Source: an uncultured Bacteroidales bacterium (GTDB lineage Bacteria > Bacteroidota > Bacteroidia > Bacteroidales > UBA3824). From it: a DNA stretch of 64,000 nt. The stretch lies in contig CAJOJG010000001.1 in NCBI GenBank assembly GCA_905234655.1, positions 29,975 through 93,974 on the forward strand. The letters run 5' to 3'. The notes beneath the pieces were generated by a model. It was not told the DNA's origin, ran no database searches, and saw nothing but the letters and a program-made list of their open reading frames with translations. The position numbers and the translations under genes are program-made. Of the stretch, positions 16,657 to 25,438 are shown piece after piece (positions within the stretch are counted from its first letter, which is position 1; each line of letters starts with the position of its first letter).

Positions 16657-18897
16657 ATGCTTCACGATTTAGGAATTATAATGTTGGTGGCGGGGGCCAT
16701 CAGTCTGATTTGCAAGTGGCTCAGGCAGCCGGTGGTGTTGGGATATATCGTCGCGGGAATCTTGGCGGGACCTTACGTCGCCGGAAGCGAATGGGTCAAC
16801 GTAGAAAACGCTGAGGCTTGGGGACAGGTCGGCGTTATTTTCTTGCTGTTTACCCTCGGACTCGAATTTTCGTTCAAAAAACTCTTGAAAATGGGCTCTA
16901 CCGCCTTTATAGGTTGCCTGACAATCGTTGTAGGAATGATGGGCAGCGGCTTTATGCTCGGCAGGATGATGGGCTGGAGCGAGATGAACTCGTTGTTTTT
17001 GGGCGGAATGTTGTGCATGTCGTCAACTACCATAGTTTTCAAGGCGTTGGACGACCTCGGATTGCGTCAACACAAGTTTGCCGAGATATGTTTTGGAATC
17101 CTTGTCGTGGAAGATTTGTTTGCCGTGGTGCTGATGGTGCTGTTGGCGTCAATCGCTGTCAACCAACAGTTTGACGGCGGCGAGATGGCGGCGCAGGTGG
17201 GCAAGTTGGTGGCGTACTTGCTGTTTTGGTTCGTCGCCGGCATAACGCTGATTCCCACGCTGTTGAAAAAATGTCGCGAACACCTCAACGACGAGACCAT
17301 GACCATCGTTGCACTTGGACTTTGCCTCGGAATGGTTTTGGTGGCAAAAATGGCTGGCTTCAGCGAGGCATTGGGTGCGTTTGTGATGGGTTCTATTCTG
17401 TCAGAAACCGTTGAATGTGAGCGCATTGAAAAACTGATGTCGCCCATCAAAAACCTCTTTGGCGCGATATTTTTTGTGTCGGTGGGCATGATGATTGCGC
17501 CGGCAACTTTGGCTGAATATTGGTTGCCGATTTTGATTATTACCTTGACGGTGATTTTTGGACAGATAATTTTTGCGACGCTCGGCATCACGCTGTCGGG
17601 TCAGCCGATGAAAATCGCCATGCAATCGGCATTCGCACTCACGCAGGTGGGCGAATTTGCGTTCATCATCGCACAGTTCGGCGAGTCTATCGGCGTTACC
17701 GAAAAATTCTTATACCCTGTGGTTGTGGCGGTTTCGGTAATCACGACGTTCCTGACGCCCTACACAATCCGCCTCGCTGAACCCGCCTACGGATTGTTGG
17801 AAAGGGTTTTGCCCGCCAAGTTTTTCGCTCTCGTAGGCCGCCTCTCGCAGGGCAAAAACACCATCACTCAACAGAGCATCATGCAGCAACTGTTGAAGAA
17901 AGTCGGTCTCGCGATGTTGGTCTATGGCATCGTAACAGCCTTTGTGATAACGCTTTACCAAAAGTTCTTGTCGGGCTGGATTGTTGACGCGATGACGGCG
18001 GCGATGCCCGTCGAAATTCCGTGGCTGCCCAAACTCGTGGCTCTGACGGGCTTGCTGATTGTGATTTCGCCGTTTGTGTACATGATGATTTCCAAGCACA
18101 ACAACTCGCCCGAGGCGCAAAAATTGCGTCAGGACAGTTCGTACAAACGTGCCTCGATTGTGGCTCTGTACGTGGCGAGGGTGATTTTGGGAATGGTTTT
18201 CGTGACGTTTTGCATCGGACAGTATTTCAACCTGACGCTCGGCCTCTTGGTGGTGGCGGCGGTTGCGATTGTGGTGCTGATGATGCTGTCGAGCAAGGTT
18301 CAGAAGCGGTCGTCAGAGATGGAAAAACATTTTATCGACAATCTTTCGGCACGCGAGCGCGAGAAGGAAAACAGCCGCGTCGTCAAGCGCGAACTCGAAG
18401 ACAAGTTCCTCAATTACGACCTGCATCTTGCTGATTTTGAACTCAATCCCGAGTCGCTCTATTGCGGGCACCAACTCTTGAACCTTGACCTTCGGCACTC
18501 GTGCGGGGTCAACATCGTTCGCATCATCCGTGGCGGCATGAACATCAACGCCCCCGGCGGCCGCGAGCGTCTTTACCCTCACGACCGCATTGTGGTGGCG
18601 GGCAGCGACGACCAAATCCGCCTTTTCAGCCAGCAACTTGCCTCGTCTGTCAGCACTGACGCGCCGTCGCAGGCCTCGACGTTTTCGCTCGAACTGTTGC
18701 AGGTCTCGCCCGAGATGTCGTTTTGCGGCAAGACGTTGGCGGATTCGCGCCTGAGCGAGAAGGCGCAGTGCGTGGTACTCGGCATCGAGCATGACGGCTC
18801 TACGACGATGAACCCCACTGCGACCGCCGTCCTCAACGCCGGCGACACGCTGATTCTTGCGGGCGAGGCAGAGAAGATAAAGGGGCTGATAGGGTGA
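16657..18897 (+). CDS. Monovalent cation:proton antiporter (CPA2/Kef type) with two C-terminal RCK_C/TrkA-C-like domains
   Basis: 746 aa with about 12 hydrophobic helices, starting LGIIMLVAGAISLICKWLRQPVVLGYIVAGILAGP. The C-terminus has two TrkA-C-like repeats (LADFELNPESLYCGHQL...RIVVAGS and LELLQVSPEMSFCGKTL...TLILAGE). Confidence 0.85.
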   Translation: MLHDLGIIMLVAGAISLICKWLRQPVVLGYIVAGILAGPYVAGSEWVNVENAEAWGQVGVIFLLFTLGLEFSFKKLLKMGSTAFIGCLTIVVGMMGSGFMLGRMMGWSEMNSLFLGGMLCMSSTTIVFKALDDLGLRQHKFAEICFGILVVEDLFAVVLMVLLASIAVNQQFDGGEMAAQVGKLVAYLLFWFVAGITLIPTLLKKCREHLNDETMTIVALGLCLGMVLVAKMAGFSEALGAFVMGSILSETVECERIEKLMSPIKNLFGAIFFVSVGMMIAPATLAEYWLPILIITLTVIFGQIIFATLGITLSGQPMKIAMQSAFALTQVGEFAFIIAQFGESIGVTEKFLYPVVVAVSVITTFLTPYTIRLAEPAYGLLERVLPAKFFALVGRLSQGKNTITQQSIMQQLLKKVGLAMLVYGIVTAFVITLYQKFLSGWIVDAMTAAMPVEIPWLPKLVALTGLLIVISPFVYMMISKHNNSPEAQKLRQDSSYKRASIVALYVARVILGMVFVTFCIGQYFNLTLGLLVVAAVAIVVLMMLSSKVQKRSSEMEKHFIDNLSAREREKENSRVVKRELEDKFLNYDLHLADFELNPESLYCGHQLLNLDLRHSCGVNIVRIIRGGMNINAPGGRERLYPHDRIVVAGSDDQIRLFSQQLASSVSTDAPSQASTFSLELLQVSPEMSFCGKTLADSRLSEKAQCVVLGIEHDGSTTMNPTATAVLNAGDTLILAGEAEKIKGLIG

Positions 18898-18908
18898 TGA
18901 AAGGGCAT

Positions 18909-18953
18909 GTAGGGCTGGGGCAATGTAGGGCTGGGGCAATGCCCCAGCCCTAC
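18909..18953. repeat. 16-bp direct duplication (GTAGGGCTGGGGCAAT x2) whose second copy forms a 13-bp hairpin with the following sequence
   Basis: The copies are at 18909-18924 and 18925-18940. The stem pairs GTAGGGCTGGGGC (18925-18937) with GCCCCAGCCCTAC (18941-18953) around the loop AAT. It lies 12 nt after the antiporter stop and has no T-run. Confidence 0.85.
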
Positions 18954-19019
18954 GGAATGATAAATGTTGTATTAAATTTGGATACTAATTTCGACGAAAT
19001 TAGATATGTATGACCACAA

Positions 19020-19310
19020 ATGACGACATCGCTGAAAATTTACGTCTCGGGCAAAGAATACTTTACGACCGAACAATACATGATGGCATCCAAAGCGTTG
19101 CTGTTCAACGATTTGGATGTTTGTTCCCAAATCTTCAACGCCAAAACGCCCAAGGAGTTCAAGATTTTGGTGGAGGCGAGTCCTTTGGACAATATTTGGG
19201 GCATCGGACTTGCCGAAGACGACGCCCGCGCCATCGACCCCGCCCAATGGCTCGGCGAAAACCACCTCGGCTTCGCGCTGATGAAAGTAAGGGAAATGTT
19301 GAGGAAGTAA
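19020..19310 (+). CDS. Shortened NADAR (YbiA/DUF1768)-like protein, possibly a degenerate remnant
   Basis: 96 aa. YFTTEQYMMASKA resembles the NADAR EHxxQAxK region. LVEASPLDNIWGIGL...GENHLGFALMKVREML resembles the NADAR C-terminal D..WG.G / G.N.LG..LM.VR motifs. The N-terminal part and about 50 central residues of a normal 150-190-aa NADAR are missing. Confidence 0.5.
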   Translation: MTTSLKIYVSGKEYFTTEQYMMASKALLFNDLDVCSQIFNAKTPKEFKILVEASPLDNIWGIGLAEDDARAIDPAQWLGENHLGFALMKVREMLRK

Positions 19311-19430
19311 AACGTCCAAATTACCGAGCAAAAATCCGCTAAATTGCCGAACGAAAATCCGCCAAGTTGCCAAACAAAAAATCGCCAAATTGCCGAATGA
19401 AAAATCGCCAAATTGCCGAATGAAAATCAC
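19309..19430. repeat. Five tandem 21-24-bp repeats (consensus AAAAATCGCCAAATTGCCGAATG)
   Basis: The units are at 19309-19329, 19330-19353, 19354-19375, 19376-19399 and 19400-19422, followed by a partial unit. The last two units are identical apart from one extra leading A, and the earlier ones are progressively diverged. Confidence 0.9.
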
Positions 19431-19437
19431 AAAAAGT

Positions 19438-19468
19438 TTTGTAAATTAATATTTTATGTCTAAATTTG
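19438..19468 (+). promoter_or_regulatory. Consensus promoter of the third ATPase gene (TTTG-N19-TAAATTTG)
   Basis: TTTG at 19438-19441 and TAAATTTG at 19461-19468. The ATG at 19494 follows 25 nt later. Confidence 0.6.
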
Positions 19469-19493
19469 CAGCATATAAAAACATTAGGGAAAT

Positions 19494-20774
19494 ATGCAGA
19501 ATTTTGACAAATATCGAGAGCGCATTGCCGACCGTCTGTTGGCGGAGCAACTTGAAACTGTGGGCGCAGTTTTGGTGCAGGGTCCAAAATGGTGCGGCAA
19601 GACGACGACCGCCGAACAACTTGCCAAAAGCGCAATCTATATCGACAATCCAAAACGTTTGAGGACAAACCTGACACTTGCCGAAACCGACCCGGAGGCA
19701 TTGTTAGCGGGCGAAAATCCGAGGCTAATCGACGAGTGGCAGTTGACGCCACAACTTTGGGACACAGCACGTTACATTATCAGCCACCAACGGCGGACCG
19801 GTTTGTATATTTTTACGGGGTCGGCTGTCCCGCCCGACAAAAGCCTGATAACTCACTCAGGCACTGGACGTTTCGCGTGGCTCACAATGCGCACCATGAG
19901 TTTGTGGGAGTCGGGCGAATCGACGGGGGCGGTCAGTCTTGAAGCGTTGTTTAAACAAAAGGCGGAAGTTGCCGAAGCCAAAGATTTGTCAATCAAAGAT
20001 TTGGCGTACCTCGTTTGCCGAGGAGGATGGCCGGGTGTTTTGGAAATGTCGCAGCGCAATGCCCTAAAACAGTCTTTCAACTATGTTGATGCGGTCTGCA
20101 ACGGCGACATTTCACGTGTTGACAACGTGGAGCGCAACGCCACATTTGCTGCGCGGCTGTTGCGCTCGTATGCGCGTCATCAGGGCGGTCAGGTGTCGGT
20201 AAGCATGATTAACGCCGATTTGTCTGCAAATCAGCCGAGTATGAGCGACGACACCGTTGCGTCGTACCTGTCGGCGTTGAAAAACATCTTTGTGATAGAG
20301 GACATGCCCGCATGGTGTCCCAACCTTCGTTCCAAAACCGCCATCAGGACTGCCGACACGAGGTATTTCATCGATTCGTCGATAGCGACGGCTGCGCTGG
20401 GCATTGGCCCTGACGACCTCACAAACGACCTCAACACCTTCGGGCTGATGTTTGAAACGTTGGCAGTCAGGGATTTGCGGGTTTACGCCGACTATCTTGA
20501 CGGCAAAGTTTTCCATTACCGCGACAAAAACGGCTTGGAATGTGATGCCGTAATCCACTTGCGCAACGGCTCTTACGGTCTTGTAGAGATAAAACTTGGC
20601 GGCGACACTCTGATTGACGGGGGCGCGAAAACGCTTTTGAAATTGTCCAACAAAATTGACACCGACAAGATGAATCCGCCGTCGTTCCTAATGGTTTTGA
20701 CAGGCCTTGGCAGTTACGCCTACAAGCGCAAGGACGGCGTTTGGGTAGTCCCGATTGCAAGCCTGAAAAACTAA
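19494..20774 (+). CDS. AAA-ATPase (AAA_14 / DUF4143 type) with a PD-(D/E)xK-like C-terminus
   Basis: 426 aa. Walker A is VQGPKWCGKTT and Walker B-like is RLIDEWQ. The C-terminal segment is ECDAVIHLRNGSYGLVEIKLGGD. Confidence 0.8.
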   Translation: MQNFDKYRERIADRLLAEQLETVGAVLVQGPKWCGKTTTAEQLAKSAIYIDNPKRLRTNLTLAETDPEALLAGENPRLIDEWQLTPQLWDTARYIISHQRRTGLYIFTGSAVPPDKSLITHSGTGRFAWLTMRTMSLWESGESTGAVSLEALFKQKAEVAEAKDLSIKDLAYLVCRGGWPGVLEMSQRNALKQSFNYVDAVCNGDISRVDNVERNATFAARLLRSYARHQGGQVSVSMINADLSANQPSMSDDTVASYLSALKNIFVIEDMPAWCPNLRSKTAIRTADTRYFIDSSIATAALGIGPDDLTNDLNTFGLMFETLAVRDLRVYADYLDGKVFHYRDKNGLECDAVIHLRNGSYGLVEIKLGGDTLIDGGAKTLLKLSNKIDTDKMNPPSFLMVLTGLGSYAYKRKDGVWVVPIASLKN

Positions 20775-20994
20775 ACGGCGCATCGCTCAAAGACCTCGGC
20801 AAAAAGTGGTTCGCATTCATCGTCAATATGAGTGCTGACGAGAGCGTACTCACCGACGGCAGAGTGGACTTGAGCAAACTCCAGCCCGTCATCTACGACT
20901 CGTCGAACAACAACTACCGCATCGTCGGCGACAGTGTCGGTCAGGCTTGGCAGTCTGGAAAGGCAATTCAGGACAAATAACCCAAATGTGTAAT

Positions 20995-21043
20995 AAAAAA
21001 TTCGCGGAATTGGCCACGCAACTATCGTGTCCAATTCCGCGAA
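20995..21043 (-). terminator. Intrinsic terminator of the B12-uptake operon
   Basis: 13-bp stem TTCGCGGAATTGG / CCAATTCCGCGAA (21001-21013 and 21031-21043). On the minus strand it is followed by TTTTTT (20995-21000). It lies 5 nt after the stop codon at 21048. Confidence 0.75.
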
Positions 21044-21047
21044 AATA

Positions 21048-22175
21048 TTACCAGTTCACAATTTCCATCTTGCTGGGATTCAGGCCGCTGGTCTCAAACT
21101 TTGAAACGAACTTGCCATCCTTGTCGAAACGGTAGATTACGCCGGGAGTGCTGTAATCGGTAGTGCCGACAAATATTTCGCCAGTGGAAGGGTTGACATC
21201 GAAAAGATAGACCTTTGCGGTCGCGAGTTCGGGCGTGTCAGTGAGGTCGAGAATGTCAGAATCCTTGCCAGTCTTCACGTCGCGGACAAAAAACGAAGTC
21301 GTGGTGGATTGTTCCATCCAATTCTCGTCATAGACAGTTACGACGCTTGCGCAGTAGAGCCTGTTGTCGTAGGCAAACATCTTGGTGGCTAAGCCAGTGG
21401 GAGTTACTGTGCCTGTGGAGAGGTCGAGGTTGAGCAGCGCGTTTGAATATGCGGGTGAGAGGTAGGTGACATAAACGCTGTCGCCGACAGCCGTAACACG
21501 CTGAAAATTACCGTACTCCGTGTCGATGTTCTCCTTGAGCGTGAAAGTCGTCAGGTCAACGACCGAAAGCCGCATGTCGGAAACATAATCCTTCTGCGAG
21601 TTGCAGGCTACAAGGTAGTTGCCAGCGACGGCGATTTGCTCGGGATTGTTGCCGACCTCCACGAAACCCTTGGGCGCGGCGATGGACGTCGTGTCGAACT
21701 TCACTACCTTGCCGCCGTATGTGGAGACATACACAAATCCGTCTTTGACAGCGAGATAGCGCGGCTGTCCCTCGTCGGCAGTGAAAGAATATTTCTCGAC
21801 GACTTTGAGATTCTTGTCGAGTTTTGCGATGTAGTTAGACCCCCACACTGAGAGGTACAGCCTGCCGCCGTATGCGAGGAGGTCTTGGCCAGTGTCGCCG
21901 ACAGCCTCGCCGTTCACCGTCGCATAGACATCCTTTTCGAGAGTGCCGTCGGCGTGGAGAATGTCGATTTTGGAATTGTTGCCATTCCAGGAACCCTCGT
22001 TGAGGATGTAGCCGTACATCACCGGGTCGGTGGGATGATCCGGCGAAGGGTCAGGGTTGACGGGGGTGTGTTGCGGATCTTCATCGTCATCATCATCGCT
22101 GCACGATGTAGATCCTAACGTGATGCCCAGCATCAATGCGCCGAGCGTGAAATACTTGAAAAATTTACGTGTCAT
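21048..22175 (-). CDS. Surface-exposed beta-propeller lipoprotein (YncE/DUF5074-like), BtuG-like by genomic context
   Basis: Lipobox LGSTSC followed by SDDDDDEDP. It has repeated beta-strand blades and the N-terminal YGYILNEGSWNGNNSKIDIL motif. It lies directly downstream of the riboswitch-controlled TonB-dependent receptor. Confidence 0.65.
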   Translation of the reverse strand: MTRKFFKYFTLGALMLGITLGSTSCSDDDDDEDPQHTPVNPDPSPDHPTDPVMYGYILNEGSWNGNNSKIDILHADGTLEKDVYATVNGEAVGDTGQDLLAYGGRLYLSVWGSNYIAKLDKNLKVVEKYSFTADEGQPRYLAVKDGFVYVSTYGGKVVKFDTTSIAAPKGFVEVGNNPEQIAVAGNYLVACNSQKDYVSDMRLSVVDLTTFTLKENIDTEYGNFQRVTAVGDSVYVTYLSPAYSNALLNLDLSTGTVTPTGLATKMFAYDNRLYCASVVTVYDENWMEQSTTTSFFVRDVKTGKDSDILDLTDTPELATAKVYLFDVNPSTGEIFVGTTDYSTPGVIYRFDKDGKFVSKFETSGLNPSKMEIVNW

Positions 22176-22187
22176 TTTGTTTGATAT

Positions 22188-24137
22188 TTATAAAGTTAAA
22201 CTTACTTGCAACTGAAACTGTCGGCCGGGCATCGGATAATATTTTATCACGTCGTACTGCTTGTCAGTGAAATTAATGCAAGACAATTTTGCAAGAATGT
22301 CACAATCCTTGACCTTGAAATTCCGGCATACGGACGCTGAAAATTCGGCGTATGGGTCGATTTCGTTGTCGGGAATGTTGTACGCGAGGAAATATCTCCT
22401 GCCGCATAGCACGGAAACCATGTCCACCGCCCATTCGCCACGCCTTAATGTGACATTCGCACTGCCGGAATGTAGCGGCGTATATGGAATTTGGTTTTCA
22501 TAAAGTTTTGATTTTTCGTCTGTTACGTCCACAGCCTTTTGGTAGGAGTAACGCGCCGAAAGTTCCGCCTCAAAACTGCGAAACCTCAAATCGCCGCCCG
22601 CCGAAATGTCCAGGCCGGTGATTTTGACCTTGCCATAGTTTGACATTTTCCAGATGTACATCGTCGGTATCGCCACAATCTTGTCAGTGACACTGTTACG
22701 ATAAAAATCCACCGAGCAATGCCACTTCCCCGTCGCGCATGACACTCCACAATCGAACTCCGCCGCGTCCTCGGGACGTAAGCCTGTGGAGCCTAATGTC
22801 GTGTAATACAACTCGTTAAAAGTCGGCACACGGAATGTCTTTTTCAGCATCACATTAGCCGACAGCCATTTTGCAAAATACGCCGACGCGCTGAGGTACG
22901 GCGACGACCTGTCCAAATCCTCAAGATGACCGCCCTTTGCCGTTGTCTCGCGGACGTGGGTGAACACGCCACCGGCAGTGACAGTGAAAATGTCATTAAA
23001 ATTATACCTCAAGTTAGCCGCCACAATTATCGAATTGCGCTCCGGCCCGCGGTCGGTTATGTCGCTGTCGAGCGTGTTAAAACTCTCGTCCACAGCCACT
23101 GACAGACTTAGCGGCGACGCTACCTGCCACAGACTAATCAGCGACATGTAAACCTCGTTTTGAGTGGAGTTCTGCACGAGTTTTCCGCCGCTGTACATAA
23201 CGTTACGGTCAGTGTAGCGGTTGAAGGAATAATTATATTTCGCGACGAACTTCGTCGTCAAATTCTCTAAAAACCGCCGCTTATAGTCGCCTTGCACAAA
23301 AAAAATCTTGTCCAAGAGTCTCTCCTCGGCGCAGTTGTTATAAAAAATCACACTTCCCGGCAGCCCGCGCTCCGAGGCGTAGCCGTACATTTTGAGGTCG
23401 AGGCTGTTCCTGGCAGAATCATTATAGAACAGCGACAACTCGACCTTGCCGGAGCGGATGTCGGTGTTGCGGCGTTTTTCGGTCGTGGTCTTACGGACGT
23501 TCTTCAACTCAAAACTATACATGCCGTCACTGCGCATGTACTCGCCTTCAGTCCTAAAGCCCAAGTGGTCGGTGACTTTTTTTGTCAGGGCAACATTGGC
23601 AAACATGTAGCCATACGAGCCGGTCTTGAGCGTGAGCCTTAGCCTGTCGGCTAAATCTTTTGACGAGCAGATGCCAAGCACCGCGCCCGACGCAAAAAGT
23701 CTGGCGGGCTTGAGCAGATTGTCGGACTGACCGACTGAAAGTTTGAGTTCCGAAACCGTGCTGACATCAAAACGCGAAATGTCCACCTGCCCCGCCTGTG
23801 TGTTCGAGACCGGCACACCGTCGTACTCAATGGCGGTGTGCGACGCGCCGAGCGACCTGACGGACACTGTCTTAAGCCCGCCAGTGCCGCCGTAGTCCCT
23901 TATCGTAACGCCACTGAAAAGCCGCAAAGCACCGCCTATGTCGGCAGTCGGCACGAGGCACAACTCGTCACCGCCAATCGACTGAACCACAGACGTTTTT
24001 CCGCCTTTGCCTTTGGCATATACATCCACTTCCCCGATTTCGCGGTGGAGGATTGTGTCAGGTTCCTGTGCCTTTATTTCAGCACAAAAAACCACTAACC
24101 CCACCATCAAGACCAGGCGCGGCAAAAAACTTGGCAT
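22188..24137 (-). CDS. btuB: TonB-dependent outer-membrane receptor, cobalamin-type
   Basis: 649 aa with a signal peptide and a plug region (DVYAKG...SIGGDEL, IEYDGVPV). The terminus is a beta-barrel (QFQLQVSLTL). It is preceded by a cobalamin riboswitch on the same strand. Confidence 0.85.
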   Translation of the reverse strand: MPSFLPRLVLMVGLVVFCAEIKAQEPDTILHREIGEVDVYAKGKGGKTSVVQSIGGDELCLVPTADIGGALRLFSGVTIRDYGGTGGLKTVSVRSLGASHTAIEYDGVPVSNTQAGQVDISRFDVSTVSELKLSVGQSDNLLKPARLFASGAVLGICSSKDLADRLRLTLKTGSYGYMFANVALTKKVTDHLGFRTEGEYMRSDGMYSFELKNVRKTTTEKRRNTDIRSGKVELSLFYNDSARNSLDLKMYGYASERGLPGSVIFYNNCAEERLLDKIFFVQGDYKRRFLENLTTKFVAKYNYSFNRYTDRNVMYSGGKLVQNSTQNEVYMSLISLWQVASPLSLSVAVDESFNTLDSDITDRGPERNSIIVAANLRYNFNDIFTVTAGGVFTHVRETTAKGGHLEDLDRSSPYLSASAYFAKWLSANVMLKKTFRVPTFNELYYTTLGSTGLRPEDAAEFDCGVSCATGKWHCSVDFYRNSVTDKIVAIPTMYIWKMSNYGKVKITGLDISAGGDLRFRSFEAELSARYSYQKAVDVTDEKSKLYENQIPYTPLHSGSANVTLRRGEWAVDMVSVLCGRRYFLAYNIPDNEIDPYAEFSASVCRNFKVKDCDILAKLSCINFTDKQYDVIKYYPMPGRQFQLQVSLTL

Positions 24138-24213
24138 TTTTTACATACAAGTTAAAATTATTTTACAGCGCGCCATACTTTCCGTCCCCGCAGTCCGCAT
24201 GGCTACATAAAAA

Positions 24214-24400
24214 TCGGCTTTGCAGGTCTTCTGGCTCGCCCCGCCGCCCACGCCTTCCCAAAAACATGAGGTTTTCAGTGGCCAATAGAAAGTGGACGGC
24301 TTTACATACGGGGCACACAGCAGCGGGACTGTCCGGGATTCCCACCCGAGTTCCCTTTTAATGGCGGCGGATGAGGCTACATCCCCGCCAACAAAGCCGA
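24214..24400 (-). promoter_or_regulatory. Cobalamin (B12) riboswitch
   Basis: The minus strand contains all three conserved blocks. The core is AAAAGGGAACTCGGTGGGAATCCCGGACAGTCCCGCTGCTGT. The second block is GCCACTG-N16-GGGAAGGC. The B12 box is GAGCCAGAAGACCTGC (24222-24237). The P1 helix pairs TCGGCTTTG (24392-24400) with CAAAGCCGA (24214-24222). Confidence 0.9.
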
Positions 24401-24565
24401 CGCAAAGTTAACCATTTTTCGCCCGCACCACCACGGCGGCAGGTTATTTTTGTGTAAAATTCTACATTAGTTGGTAAATAAAAAAAATGTTTGTACCTTT
24501 GCCACGGGTTGGCGGCGGAACGGAATTCCGCCTCCCGCCCCAAATTAAACTAATCGTAAACAGAA

Positions 24566-25408
24566 ATGGGCTGGTTTAACAGATCACAACAAGGTATCAA
24601 CACTGATACAAAAGACAAGAAAGAAATAAAGGACGGGCTTTGGTACAAATGCCCTCAATGCAAGGAAATACTGACGACCGACGACCACAGGGAAAACCTC
24701 TGCGTATGCCCCAAGTGCGGCTACCACGAGAGGATAAGCACCGCCGACTATTTCCGCATACTATTCGACGAGGCTAAATACGACGAACTCTTCACATCGC
24801 TCCACAGCGGCGACCCGCTCGGATTCGTCGACCGTAAGAAATACTCCGACCGCGTGGCTGCCGTCGAAAAACAGACCAACCTCAACGACGCAATATCCTC
24901 CGCCACCGGCTTTATCGAAGGCCGGAAGGTCGTCGTGGACTGCATGAACTTCGAGTTCATAGGCGGCTCGATGGGCTCCGTAGTCGGCGAAAAAATAGCC
25001 CGAAGCATCGACTACTGCATCGAAAACCACGCGCCGCTCGTCATAATCTCACGCTCTGGCGGCGCGAGGATGATGGAAGGCGCATTCTCACTGATGCAGA
25101 TGGCGAAGACTTCCGCAAAACTCACCCAACTCAGCGACGCGCGGCTGCCGTACATCTCGCTGATGACAAATCCGACTACCGGCGGCGTGTCGGCATCTTT
25201 CGCGATGCTCGGCGACATCAACATGGCGGAGCCCGCCGCGCTCATAGGCTTTGCCGGGCCGAGGGTCATCCGCGAGTTCACCGGCAAGGACTTGCCAGAC
25301 GGATTCCAAAGTTCAGAGTTCCTGCTTGAGCACGGATTCCTCGACTATATCGTCAACCGCAAGGAGCTTAAGCACACCCTTGCGCGCATATTGAACATGA
25401 TGATGTAA
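24566..25408 (+). CDS. accD: Acetyl-CoA carboxylase carboxyltransferase beta subunit
   Basis: 280 aa. It has the N-terminal zinc ribbon CPQCKEIL...CPKCGYH followed by a carboxyltransferase fold ([19 protein letters not shown]). Confidence 0.93.
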   Translation: MGWFNRSQQGINTDTKDKKEIKDGLWYKCPQCKEILTTDDHRENLCVCPKCGYHERISTADYFRILFDEAKYDELFTSLHSGDPLGFVDRKKYSDRVAAVEKQTNLNDAISSATGFIEGRKVVVDCMNFEFIGGSMGSVVGEKIARSIDYCIENHAPLVIISRSGGARMMEGAFSLMQMAKTSAKLTQLSDARLPYISLMTNPTTGGVSASFAMLGDINMAEPAALIGFAGPRVIREFTGKDLPDGFQSSEFLLEHGFLDYIVNRKELKHTLARILNMMM

Positions 25409-25438
25409 CACCACCACAACCACAAAAGAACCTGACGC

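Noticed and set aside
16487-16672. 61-aa ORF in the mutS-antiporter intergenic region
   Set aside because: It has a low-complexity hydrophobic translation and overlaps the antiporter start and its candidate -7 box. It is probably non-coding.
19309-19430. Possible CRISPR array
   Set aside because: The repeats are contiguous with no unique spacers, the units are only 21-24 bp and degenerate, and no cas genes are present.
20741-20980. 79-aa ORF downstream of the third ATPase as a real gene
   Set aside because: It has a TTG start overlapping the ATPase 3' end, with only 50 aa from the first ATG. There is no recognisable motif or ribosome-binding context. It is kept only as a possible remnant in a finding.
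24511-24540. GC-rich palindromic stretch GGCGGCGGAACGGAATTCCGCCTCCCGCC upstream of accD as a regulatory element
   Set aside because: It is a short imperfect hairpin in the accD 5' leader with no T-run and no second copy. I could not tie it to any known motif.
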